This document shows positions 28,894 to 36,685 of a DNA stretch of 39,281 nt, piece after piece. The number at the start of each line of letters is the position of its first letter. Positions within the stretch are counted from its first letter, which is position 1. Source of the stretch: a virus. Lineage: Duplodnaviria > Caudoviricetes. Location: the IMG/VR virus record IMGVR_UViG_3300043423_000015, positions 1-39,281 of that record. One strand, 5' to 3'. The notes beneath the pieces are model-generated. The model was not told the DNA's origin, searched no databases, and saw nothing but the letters and a program-made list of their open reading frames with translations. The position numbers and the translations under genes were made by a program.

Positions 28894-29009
28894 AGCAGCT
28901 CCCATCCGAACACAACTGACAACCAAAGAATCTTGCACAACAATCCAATGCCAACAAGGAATAGCGCCGTCAACATGACGCTTGTTACGAGGTCTAAAAA
29001 TGCTTTCAC
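28890..29009 (-). CDS. 39-aa hydrophobic peptide
   Basis: Hand translation (GTG)KAFLDLVTSVMLTALFLVGIGLLCKILWLSVVFGWELL; coupled to genes on both sides. Confidence 0.55.
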   Translation of the reverse strand: MKAFLDLVTSVMLTALFLVGIGLLCKILWLSVVFGWELL

Positions 29010-29070
29010 CAGAAAATCCAATCTAAAAAAGCGGCTACTACAACAATGAGAAAAAGAATGTGAATGTCTG

Positions 29071-29367
29071 TTATTGGCATTTCATAATCCTCTGCTGACG
29101 ACCTGAGCGGCCAACTCTCGTTCCTTCGATTTTGATGTACTTCTTTTCCAGAAGTGCTTTGTATCTCGCTGTCACGCTTGAATAAGGGAGCGTGGGGAAA
29201 AGTTCTAACACTTGGTCGCTGATACATCCGTTGTCTCCAAATGATTTGATGGCTTCATAGACCATCTTTTCTAGTTTTGTTGTGTCTACTTTTTCTGCTG
29301 CTTCAAATGATGTCTGTGGGTCGTTCTTGCGAAATAGTTTTGCGATGTGTGTTCCGAAATTCATCAT
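29071..29367 (-). CDS. Winged-helix DNA-binding protein
   Basis: NDPQTSFEAA...YSSVTARYKAL...GRSGRQQ. Confidence 0.75.
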   Translation of the reverse strand: MMNFGTHIAKLFRKNDPQTSFEAAEKVDTTKLEKMVYEAIKSFGDNGCISDQVLELFPTLPYSSVTARYKALLEKKYIKIEGTRVGRSGRQQRIMKCQ

Positions 29368-29387
29368 GTCATATCCTGTTTTATAGG

Positions 29388-29497
29388 TGGGGGTACTCGC
29401 TGCACTGTGGTCGGTACTGATTTCCGACTTATGGTGTTCCGTTTTGACACGGAATAACGTATCAGCCTACGTCTTCACAGCATCCGCTTTCCCCCCG
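29388..29497 (-). ncRNA. Candidate structured RNA (multi-hairpin, closed by a GAA/AGUA internal loop)
   Basis: Nested complementary segments read by hand. Confidence 0.6.
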
Positions 29498-29503
29498 TGA
29501 AAC

Positions 29504-29719
29504 TTACTTTGTTTTGTCGATTTCCATTTGGTCTGGAGACTTTGCATTCTCCACTGAGCAACCTTTGCTGATTGCATCAACCAAATCATCCTGTGTTGCC
29601 ACACGGAGAGTCAGCATAGAGTTTGCAACATGAGACAAAGCCTGTGAACGAACGCTTGCTTTGACCAATCGAATGTCGCCACTTGGGGTGCCGACCAAAT
29701 AGATGCGCTGTGTAGCCAT
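29504..29719 (-). CDS. Hypothetical protein (RLVKA...QAL.HVA...RVATQDDLV)
   Basis: GGGGTG RBS before MATQRI. Confidence 0.75.
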   Translation of the reverse strand: MATQRIYLVGTPSGDIRLVKASVRSQALSHVANSMLTLRVATQDDLVDAISKGCSVENAKSPDQMEIDKTK

Positions 29720-29721
29720 GA

Positions 29722-29850
29722 TTACACCCCGCAACCGCAGACTTGCTTGCCATTCATGCCGACATAGCAGCGGTATGGAGCGTACTGAGGGCAAGATGCA
29801 GCGGCAACGCCAGAAGCAACCAAGAGAGCAATAGCAATAAACTTTTTCAT
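29722..29850 (-). CDS. 42-aa secreted Cys-rich peptide
   Basis: MKKFIAIALLVASGVAAASCPQYAPYRCYVGMNGKQVCGCGV; AGGA RBS; fills the operon gap. Confidence 0.75.
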   Translation of the reverse strand: MKKFIAIALLVASGVAAASCPQYAPYRCYVGMNGKQVCGCGV

Positions 29851-29858
29851 GTGATGTC

Positions 29859-30350
29859 CTATTTGATGGTTAAACGGTCTTTGCGAACAATCTGTGCGCC
29901 GCCAATAGCTTCGCCAGCCAAGATTGCATTTTTAATCTTGGTTTTGCTTGGCTCTGGTGGCTTTGGGTCATTGCAAAGCTCGGGTGGAAAGGTCGCCCCT
30001 TCGTCAATCTCAACCGATTCATCTCGGCCAACATACAGCTTCACTTCAAAAGAGCCATCATCGGCTTTAATCTCTGTGATGCCTGAGACTTTCATGTTGT
30101 CAGCAAGGTACTCACGAAGCCGTTTGGCCTTGTTTTCCCTTGATGTTTGGAGAGCCTTGATACGCTTGATGGCGCTCTTGGCTTGTTCTGCCTCTGATTC
30201 AGTGTTCAGTACATAGGCTGCGACCTGTGTAATCTTGCTGCCAAGCTGAACACGGAACCCCTCAAACTCAGGCTTGGCTACGCCGTCCTCATCAAACAGG
30301 TCGTCAAGTTGATTGCGGAACTCATGGCTGAGTTGATAGAGGGATGTCAT
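29859..30350 (-). CDS. Siphovirus Gp157-family protein
   Basis: SLYQL start, IKRIKAL coiled coil, PSKTKIKNAILAGEAIGGA. Confidence 0.85.
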   Translation of the reverse strand: MTSLYQLSHEFRNQLDDLFDEDGVAKPEFEGFRVQLGSKITQVAAYVLNTESEAEQAKSAIKRIKALQTSRENKAKRLREYLADNMKVSGITEIKADDGSFEVKLYVGRDESVEIDEGATFPPELCNDPKPPEPSKTKIKNAILAGEAIGGAQIVRKDRLTIK

Positions 30351-30953
30351 TTAGAACCCCTCGCGTGGCATTGCGGCCAATTCTGCGTATTGTGGGGACT
30401 TCTTGATGGTGTCAGACAACCAATCAGGCAAAGCCTCAAACACCTGCCAATCGGGTTCGTCAAGGTTGAACATGACAACTTCATGGTCTGGCTGCGGCTT
30501 CAAGTTCTTCATGGAAGATGGAAGCGGGGTGATGGCGGAGATATTTGTGTATGTCTTGCCGTCTTTTTCACTGGTGGTGATGTTCAACATACAGTAAACA
30601 TTCAGGATGTTTGTGATGTCGAAACCTTCCAACTCCTCGGGGGTGAAATCACGACCGCGCCAAGAGATTAAATCCTTGCGTAGACCAGCTTTTTCGTTGA
30701 GGGATAGGGTGTAGGTCTTACCGATGGTCATTTGACGCTGTACGCCGTCAATTTCAACCGTCAGGGGTGCGCCCGTTTCGTCTTCTCCAGACACTTCCCA
30801 ACCCAAACGGATTTTGTGTTGAACGGATTGACCAAACTTGCCGTCTGACAATTGTTCGCCCATGTCCACCAATAGGTAGCAACGAGCAACGTGAGAGCCA
30901 ACTGGAATGCGTTTGAAGTCAGCATTACCTTTGTCTTTTGCAATAAATCCCAT
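30351..30953 (-). CDS. Phage single-stranded DNA-binding/replication protein
   Basis: IPVGSHVARC, YTLSLNEKAGLRKDLISWRG, GKTYTNI, LPDWL. Confidence 0.7.
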   Translation of the reverse strand: MGFIAKDKGNADFKRIPVGSHVARCYLLVDMGEQLSDGKFGQSVQHKIRLGWEVSGEDETGAPLTVEIDGVQRQMTIGKTYTLSLNEKAGLRKDLISWRGRDFTPEELEGFDITNILNVYCMLNITTSEKDGKTYTNISAITPLPSSMKNLKPQPDHEVVMFNLDEPDWQVFEALPDWLSDTIKKSPQYAELAAMPREGF

Positions 30954-30979
30954 TTTCTTCTTTCGTTTAAAAACCGCAA

Positions 30980-31186
30980 TTACAGGTCTGCGGAATGACC
31001 TTTTTTCATCTGTTCAATCAATTCGCGTTGGCGGTACATGATTTCTTCGGTGTCTTCAAGCAAATGGCAGAGCTGTCTAATGGTTGTTTCAAGATAGCCA
31101 ACCCTGAATGCAAGTCTGTCATTGGCTTCATTTGAATGAAATTCAGAAGCAGTCTTTGCTTTGTCCAACAAAATCTGGGCATCCAT
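30980..31186 (-). CDS. Hypothetical coiled-coil protein
   Basis: GGGGA RBS before MDAQIL. Confidence 0.65.
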   Translation of the reverse strand: MDAQILLDKAKTASEFHSNEANDRLAFRVGYLETTIRQLCHLLEDTEEIMYRQRELIEQMKKGHSADL

Positions 31187-31187
31187 G

Positions 31188-31379
31188 TTATCCCCAAATC
31201 TTGAAGAAAAGGTAGCCAGCAAAGAAAGAAAGTGCCACATAGCCCCAAAATTCTGTGTTGATTTCTTTTGGAGTGTGGGCTTCAAACCACACTGAACGCT
31301 CAAGCATGGCGTTGTGTTCAACAGTGTTTGGAAACGCCTCATCCATTGAGCGTGGAAACATACGGGTAGTGTCATTCAT
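31188..31379 (-). CDS. Hypothetical protein with C-terminal TM (TRMFPRS)
   Basis: Operon packing. Confidence 0.65.
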   Translation of the reverse strand: MNDTTRMFPRSMDEAFPNTVEHNAMLERSVWFEAHTPKEINTEFWGYVALSFFAGYLFFKIWG

Positions 31380-31627
31380 GGTTGGTTCCATTCTTCAATA
31401 ACTCGTTTCATGTCAACTTCGCAGTATTGCTCAATCTCGTTCTGCTCGGAAGATGTAAGGTCTGCCCAAATGTCTTTTTTGTTGCGAATAACACAAATCT
31501 CAAATGAGTCTGGTTCGCCAACCGACTTGTCGCCTTCTGAGAACTCGTAGTTCACCAGAACGTCAGGGTAAGTTTCTGTTGACCATTCATCAAGGTAATG
31601 AATGAAGCTGCTGGTTAGGTTTTTCAT
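31376..31627 (-). CDS. Acidic hypothetical protein, first gene of the leftward early operon
   Basis: AGGA RBS before MKNLTS. Confidence 0.7.
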   Translation of the reverse strand: MKNLTSSFIHYLDEWSTETYPDVLVNYEFSEGDKSVGEPDSFEICVIRNKKDIWADLTSSEQNEIEQYCEVDMKRVIEEWNQP

Positions 31628-31662
31628 GTTGTTTCCTGTTTTCATCCTTATCGGACAGACGT

Positions 31663-31690
31663 AGTATACACAACTAAACAGTCGAGTAAA
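31663..31690 (-). promoter_or_regulatory. Leftward sigma70-like promoter TTTACT-16-TATACT
   Basis: Reverse complement of 31685-31690 and 31663-31668. Confidence 0.6.
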
Positions 31691-31738
31691 GTAATCCCGA
31701 CTAAGTTGAAGGGTCTATACCAGTATAGAGAAATCAAC

Positions 31739-31744
31739 TATAAT
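31739..31744 (+). promoter_or_regulatory. Rightward -10 TATAAT, probably a near-leaderless cro transcript
   Basis: Perfect -10 seven nt before the ATG; no RBS. Confidence 0.55.
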
Positions 31745-31751
31745 CCGACAC

Positions 31752-31922
31752 ATGAAAAAACAAGACGCAATCAAGTTGGCTGGCAGTGCCATCAAACTCG
31801 CCAAAGTTCTCGGCATCACAAAGGGTGCTGTGTCTCATTGGGGTGAAGACATCCCAAAGGGACGAGAGTATGAACTTCGTTACATCAAACCTGAATGGTT
31901 CCAAGAGGAGAAAAAGAAATGA
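31752..31922 (+). CDS. cro: Cro-like HTH regulator (missing from the ORF track)
   Basis: MKKQDAIKLAGSAIKLAKVLGITKGAVSHWGEDIPKGREYELRYIKPEWF. Confidence 0.88.
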   Translation: MKKQDAIKLAGSAIKLAKVLGITKGAVSHWGEDIPKGREYELRYIKPEWFQEEKKK

Positions 31923-32095
31923 ACTACGCGCCAGAATCAGAAACAGATGCTTTGATTCAAGATGACAATAGAACCCCTGCTCAAAAGCAGTTGGACACAA
32001 TGATTGCCCAACGTGACACCTTTGAGCAAGGGCAGGATGATTACCGCATCCTGTACCAAATCGCACTTGAGTTAATTGAAAAGGACATGAAATGA
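31919..32095 (+). CDS. Hypothetical protein
   Basis: ATGA coupling on both sides. Confidence 0.6.
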   Translation: MNYAPESETDALIQDDNRTPAQKQLDTMIAQRDTFEQGQDDYRILYQIALELIEKDMK

Positions 32096-32397
32096 GCTAC
32101 GCAGAAGTCGAAATGAAAGTCATCCAATGGTCGGAGGCTCGTAAGATTATTCCGAACAGCACCCCTATCGCCCAATGGAAAAAGGCCGCAGAGGAGCTAG
32201 ACGAATTGCGTGATGCGCTGGTCAAGAATGACCTTGCAATGGCGATTGACGGCGTTGGTGATACCGTGGTGTGCCTTATCAATATTTGCGCCTTGTTGGA
32301 CATCAACTTGGTGGAATGCTTGAAGGTTGCTTACGAAGAAATCAAAGACCGCAAGGGTACGATGAACGCAGAAGGCATCTTCGTCAAAGAAGTGTGA
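32092..32397 (+). CDS. MazG-like nucleotide pyrophosphohydrolase
   Basis: EELDEL...DGVGDTVV...AYEEIKDRKG. Confidence 0.88.
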   Translation: MSYAEVEMKVIQWSEARKIIPNSTPIAQWKKAAEELDELRDALVKNDLAMAIDGVGDTVVCLINICALLDINLVECLKVAYEEIKDRKGTMNAEGIFVKEV

Positions 32398-32407
32398 TAT
32401 AGTTTTT

Positions 32408-32478
32408 GAAACAGCGGCTAGGTCTTGGGTAGCTCCCTTGACTGAAAAGAGTTACCCCCTTCTCCTGCCGATTGTTTC
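32408..32478 (+). ncRNA. Candidate three-way-junction leader RNA, copy 1
   Basis: gaaacagcggc/gccgattgtttc outer stem; GGCTA..GAAAAG..CCTGCC core. Confidence 0.6.
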
Positions 32479-32505
32479 TTTTCTAAGGGGCGTACAAAGG
32501 CGGGT

Positions 32506-33294
32506 ATGCACTACTACCAATTCAACATTGGCGATTACGCCAGTCACACTCGGCATCTTGATTTGCTGGAAGACTTGGCATATCGCAGGATTCTTGACCT
32601 CTACTATCTCCATGAACGCCCGTTGAACGGCGATGCAACGCTTGTTGCAAAGCAGATAGGCATGAGGGATGACGCTCCAATCGTTCGTGATGTTCTCAAT
32701 GAGTTCTTTGAGAAGACGGACGATGGGTATGTCAACAGTCGAGCAGACAAGGAAATTGCTCACTACCACTCCAAAATCGAACAAGCGTCACGCGCTGGTA
32801 AAGCATCCGCTGAACGTAGGTCTAACGGACGCTCAACGGACGTTCCAACGGACGTTCAACCAAACAATAAACAAGAAACAATAAACAAGAAACAAACAAA
32901 AGAGAAGGTCGCTGACGCTCCCGTTGTTTTGCCAGATTGGATGCCTTTGGAAACTTGGGCTGCGTATTTGGCGATGCGAAAGAAAATCAAGAAGCCAGCA
33001 ACCGACTATGCGATGAAGCTCTTGGTTGACAAGCTGGCGAAGTTCAAAGCGAACGGGCAGGATGTCCAAAAGGTCTTGGAGAAGTCAATCACCGCTGGTT
33101 GGCAGGATGTGTTTGAAATCCATGACAAGCAACCGTTTACCAACAAGTTCGATGTAGCGCATACCACTACACCGCCACCGCCAAACCAAGACGCTGCTCT
33201 CAAGAAGATTGCGGAAGACCGAAAGAAGGCTGTGCCAATGCCTGCCGACATCAAGGCGAAGATGGCTGAATTGACAAAGGGGATGAAGGTATGA
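32506..33294 (+). CDS. Replication initiator with DUF1376 (YdaU-like) N-terminus
   Basis: MHYYQFNIGDYASHTRHL...AYRRILDLYY; C-terminal WAAYLAMRK...SITAGWQ. Confidence 0.88.
   Translation: MHYYQFNIGDYASHTRHLDLLEDLAYRRILDLYYLHERPLNGDATLVAKQIGMRDDAPIVRDVLNEFFEKTDDGYVNSRADKEIAHYHSKIEQASRAGKASAERRSNGRSTDVPTDVQPNNKQETINKKQTKEKVADAPVVLPDWMPLETWAAYLAMRKKIKKPATDYAMKLLVDKLAKFKANGQDVQKVLEKSITAGWQDVFEIHDKQPFTNKFDVAHTTTPPPPNQDAALKKIAEDRKKAVPMPADIKAKMAELTKGMKV
32821..32900 (+). repeat. Putative replication origin inside the initiator gene
   Basis: Three aacggacg iterons followed by the A-rich tandem (aaacaataaacaag)x2, a lambda-O-like layout. Confidence 0.7.
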
Positions 33295-33521
33295 CGGACG
33301 AAATTCCAACTTTTGAGCAAAACACTCCTACCTGTCCTCATTGCGGGTATCAGATGGATTCAGAAGATATGCTGTCAACGCAAAAAGGCATTGATGTTTT
33401 TGCTATGGCTTGTCGTGAAGAAACAGAAGTTTTGACTTGCCCATCTTGTGACAAAGAATATTGGGTTCAAGGTGGCTATTACCCGCATTACACAAGTGCA
33501 TTTTCGGAGGAGGAATTATGA
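33291..33521 (+). CDS. Small zinc-ribbon protein
   Basis: CPHC...CPSC. Confidence 0.75.
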   Translation: MTDEIPTFEQNTPTCPHCGYQMDSEDMLSTQKGIDVFAMACREETEVLTCPSCDKEYWVQGGYYPHYTSAFSEEEL

Positions 33522-33817
33522 AATGCAAACATACGCAAGGGCCGTGGAAATACGAGAAGCTAGTTCAAAAAGTTTATGGTCGATCTGTTGGAGGTTGCAG
33601 TATGCAAGAGTCAGATCACATGATTGCAGATATTCGAGGATGGGGGCATTTAAGTTATTTGCCTGATGGAGCAGCAATTCAAGATGCAAATGGTCGCTTA
33701 ATTGCCGCTGCGCCTGATCTTCTCAAGGTTTTACAAAGTCTTTTGCCAACATTGGAAGATCAAAGAATTGCAGACGATGCTCGTACTGCTATTGCTAAAG
33801 CAACGGGGGAAGAATGA
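33518..33817 (+). CDS. Hypothetical phage protein (HTxGPW...ANGRLIAAAPDLL family)
   Basis: GGAGG RBS; recurrent phage motif. Confidence 0.8.
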   Translation: MKCKHTQGPWKYEKLVQKVYGRSVGGCSMQESDHMIADIRGWGHLSYLPDGAAIQDANGRLIAAAPDLLKVLQSLLPTLEDQRIADDARTAIAKATGEE

Positions 33818-34111
33818 TTGGCAACGAAAAAACAGAAAGAAGCCCCAAGACTGTTTGGGCCACCACTGGAGCGCCCAAGCACCTACAAGGGCGGAATAAC
33901 CCAAGCGGAGTTGGAACACATGAGGGACTGCGAAGCCCGAGAGTGGATAAAACGATACAAGGACAAAGCGAAGACGATTGGTGCGAGTGGAGCTGCAAAT
34001 TGGTGGCAAGACCACTTAACGGCAATGCAAAAAATCAGAGGCGAGTTCGCTACTTTGGATTTGAGGCGGCGCATGACTGAACAACAAAAGAAAGCTAAGA
34101 ATGCGAATTGA
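33818..34111 (+). CDS. Hypothetical protein
   Basis: LEHMRDCEAREWI; operon packing. Confidence 0.65.
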   Translation: MATKKQKEAPRLFGPPLERPSTYKGGITQAELEHMRDCEAREWIKRYKDKAKTIGASGAANWWQDHLTAMQKIRGEFATLDLRRRMTEQQKKAKNAN

Positions 34112-34454
34112 ACTTGATTTCCCTCCTGCCGAACTATTCCCAAATCGAGCCAAGGGAACGCATTGGGCCAAGCTGTACCAAACTCGCAGTGACTACCGCG
34201 AAGGTTCAACATGGCTTGCCAAACACCAAATTAAAGATTGGAAGCATGACGGTGGAGACATCCGCCTAAAGCTGACATTCATCATGCCCGACAAGCGGAT
34301 GCGTGATGCTGATAACTGCCTGGCGGCAGCTAAAGGTGCGTTGGATGGACTGTCAGATGCCTTGATGGTGAATGACAAGTTCTTTCAACCCATCGAAATC
34401 CATCGTCAATTTGGCGATAAATCAACCCGTAAACTTATCGTGGAGATAGCATGA
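34101..34454 (+). CDS. rusA: RusA-like Holliday junction resolvase
   Basis: PDKRMRDADNCLAAAKGALDGL...NDKFF. Confidence 0.85.
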   Translation: MRIELDFPPAELFPNRAKGTHWAKLYQTRSDYREGSTWLAKHQIKDWKHDGGDIRLKLTFIMPDKRMRDADNCLAAAKGALDGLSDALMVNDKFFQPIEIHRQFGDKSTRKLIVEIA

Positions 34455-34702
34455 CAATACAGAAGACCCTCAAACAGCGCCAAAAGACTCATGGCAGCTT
34501 CTCAACCCACGCTGTTATTAGCCAACAGCTCAAAGCCGTAATGCGTGAGCATGGGCTGCTTGAGTTGGCTCCAGACCAAATCGAAGCGTTGGAAATGATT
34601 GCTCACAAGATTGCGCGTGTACTGAATGGCAATCCAGACCATCACGACCATTGGCATGACATTTCTGGCTACGCTGAGTGCGCGGCTGAACGCTTGGAGT
34701 AA
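34451..34702 (+). CDS. DUF6378-like protein, copy 1
   Basis: RQKTHGSF...KIARVLNG...DHWHDISGYA. Confidence 0.8.
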   Translation: MTIQKTLKQRQKTHGSFSTHAVISQQLKAVMREHGLLELAPDQIEALEMIAHKIARVLNGNPDHHDHWHDISGYAECAAERLE

Positions 34703-34708
34703 ATCGAC

Positions 34709-34909
34709 ATGACAAGACAAGAATACTACGAGCATTTGTGTGAACTTGGACTTCCTGAACTGATTTCGGCATCAATGGCCGCTCAATCAGTCAGGGGAGC
34801 AAGGGATAGAAAAAGCTCATCCATGAAATACGCCGTGTACTGCTTTCAAAGTTGGAATCAGACATGGGAAGGCCAAGAGTTTTGGTCTGAATTTGTGGAC
34901 TTGGTATGA
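34709..34909 (+). CDS. Hypothetical protein
   Basis: GGAG RBS; WEGQEFW. Confidence 0.65.
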   Translation: MTRQEYYEHLCELGLPELISASMAAQSVRGARDRKSSSMKYAVYCFQSWNQTWEGQEFWSEFVDLV

Positions 34910-35325
34910 AGTACAAGCTCTACGAAGAAAAGCAAGCACACGCCACCATGTTGGCCGTATGGAACATCATCAAGGAATCAATCTATGGCGGCAAGAAAGT
35001 CATATTGGAGGTCACAGAAGAAAAACGCTCTGACCCTCAAAATAAAAAATTCCACGCCATCATTGGTCAGATTGCGAAGCAGGCGCAACACGCTGGAGCA
35101 ACTTGGGATGTTGAAGATTGGAAACGGTTTCTACTCGACCAGTTTGCAACTGACCGTGGGATGGAGGGAGGCTCTGTGATTCAGTCATTGGACGGCCATC
35201 GAGTCGTTCAACTTGGCATCCAAAGCCGCAAATTCACCAAGGCCCAAGGCGCTGAGTTCATCGAGTGGCTGCTAATGTGGTCTGCAACCAACGGAATCGA
35301 CATCAAAGAACCAGATTGGCAATAA
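34906..35325 (+). CDS. ninB: NinB/Orf-like recombination protein, copy 1
   Basis: RSDPQNKKFHAIIGQIAKQ...EDWKR...QSRKFTK. Confidence 0.85.
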   Translation: MKYKLYEEKQAHATMLAVWNIIKESIYGGKKVILEVTEEKRSDPQNKKFHAIIGQIAKQAQHAGATWDVEDWKRFLLDQFATDRGMEGGSVIQSLDGHRVVQLGIQSRKFTKAQGAEFIEWLLMWSATNGIDIKEPDWQ

Positions 35326-35377
35326 CTATGGTATAGTTATCTCAACTCGGAATGAGTTAAACAAGAAAGGACAAGAT

Positions 35378-35605
35378 ATGCCGTATGTGAGCGTTTATGT
35401 TGAAACCCATGACATTCTCGAAGAACTTGATAGCGATGACATCATTGAAGTAATGAGTAAGCGTGGTTATAGCTGCTTTAAAGGTAGCAGCTCTGGTGAC
35501 AATGTTTTTTCGTCTGTTGAGCATTTGCTTGATTGCGGATTAGCTGACACAGCCAGAGCCGAAGCATTGATGATTGTTGGAAAAATTCTTGGAAGGTCGC
35601 TATGA
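35378..35605 (+). CDS. Hypothetical protein
   Basis: AAGGA RBS; extended -10 TGgTATAGT at 35329-35337. Confidence 0.7.
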   Translation: MPYVSVYVETHDILEELDSDDIIEVMSKRGYSCFKGSSSGDNVFSSVEHLLDCGLADTARAEALMIVGKILGRSL

Positions 35606-35709
35606 ATTGGCCTTTCCCATCAGCAACAGGCGCAGTTCCTTGGACTGCCAAACAAATCAAAGCGTACCAACAAGAGAAATTCGCACAACTGCCAGAGGCT
35701 CCGCTATGA
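35602..35709 (+). CDS. 35-aa protein MNWPFPSATGAVPWTAKQIK...LPEAPL
   Basis: ATGA coupling on both sides. Confidence 0.6.
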   Translation: MNWPFPSATGAVPWTAKQIKAYQQEKFAQLPEAPL

Positions 35710-36425
35710 CACCAGAAGAAACACTTGATTGGTTGGCGCAACAGCACTTTGACCAATGCCGTGAAGCGCGACCTATCCAAGATTGGATTCGCAAGATGAA
35801 GTCACAGTTACCCAAGCAAGAGCAGGGTGAGCCTGTTGATGAACAAGCCGCTTTTGAAGAGTGGTTATATCGTGTTTGCCCCTCTGGTGATGTTGAAGAT
35901 GTGCAGCGCCAATGGGAAGCAAGCAGCGATTATGCTGACCTCTACACCAAACCACAACCCAAGCATGATGAGCCTGTGGGCTATGTTCAAACCGTAATTG
36001 AAGCTCTTTATGAAAACAGTGACCCTGTTTCTGTCGACGCTGCTGAATTGTTGGAGAGAATTTCTATCAAGGAAGGGCAGATCGAGGACTTAACTTACAA
36101 GGCAGACTACTGGAAACGAATGCAAGATGAAGTTCGCGCTCAGTGGATAAAAGATACGTCCATCAAGCAAGAGCAGGGTGAGCCTGTGGCGTGGATATGG
36201 GATGGTATGCATGGCCGATGCGTTTCTTTGGAGCCTTGGCTACCAAACACACTTGGGATTAAAGCGGCTCCTCTCTACACCACACCACAACAACGCACAT
36301 GGGTTGGGCTGACGGATGAGGAACGGGAGCAAGTTTATAAAATTTGGCGCTTTCATCCAAGCAATGAAACTAATTTGCATCTTTGCAAAGCCATTGAAGC
36401 CAAACTCAAGGAGAAGAACGGGTGA
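35706..36425 (+). CDS. Modular hypothetical protein with repeated EPV / LYT cassettes
   Basis: KQEQGEPV twice, KHDEPV, PLYTTPQQRTWVGLTDEE. Confidence 0.8.
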   Translation: MTPEETLDWLAQQHFDQCREARPIQDWIRKMKSQLPKQEQGEPVDEQAAFEEWLYRVCPSGDVEDVQRQWEASSDYADLYTKPQPKHDEPVGYVQTVIEALYENSDPVSVDAAELLERISIKEGQIEDLTYKADYWKRMQDEVRAQWIKDTSIKQEQGEPVAWIWDGMHGRCVSLEPWLPNTLGIKAAPLYTTPQQRTWVGLTDEEREQVYKIWRFHPSNETNLHLCKAIEAKLKEKNG

Positions 36426-36685
36426 GATATGCAGCAAGGGTTGACGCCACGCAGGAACAAGTCGTTTCTGCATTACGGGCTGCTGGTGCTTATGTCTATC
36501 CTATTAAGTTGCCTGTGGACTTATTGGTTGGTTATAACGGCGTGACTTATTTGGTAGAAGTGAAATCCACGCATAAAAGCCTTTTAACTAGGCTACAACA
36601 GATTTTTTTTGCTAAATGGACTGGTGGTAGGTTGGAACGAATTGAAAGCCCTGAACAAGCCTTGAGAATGATTGGAGTGATATGA
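36422..36685 (+). CDS. PD-(D/E)XK nuclease (VRR-NUC-like)
   Basis: PVDLLVGY...LVEVK...LTRLQQIF. Confidence 0.8.
   Translation: MRYAARVDATQEQVVSALRAAGAYVYPIKLPVDLLVGYNGVTYLVEVKSTHKSLLTRLQQIFFAKWTGGRLERIESPEQALRMIGVI

Noticed and set aside
29388-29497. tRNA gene (cloverleaf-like three hairpins)
   Set aside because: No TTCRA T-loop, D-loop GG or acceptor/CCA geometry; kept as an unknown RNA
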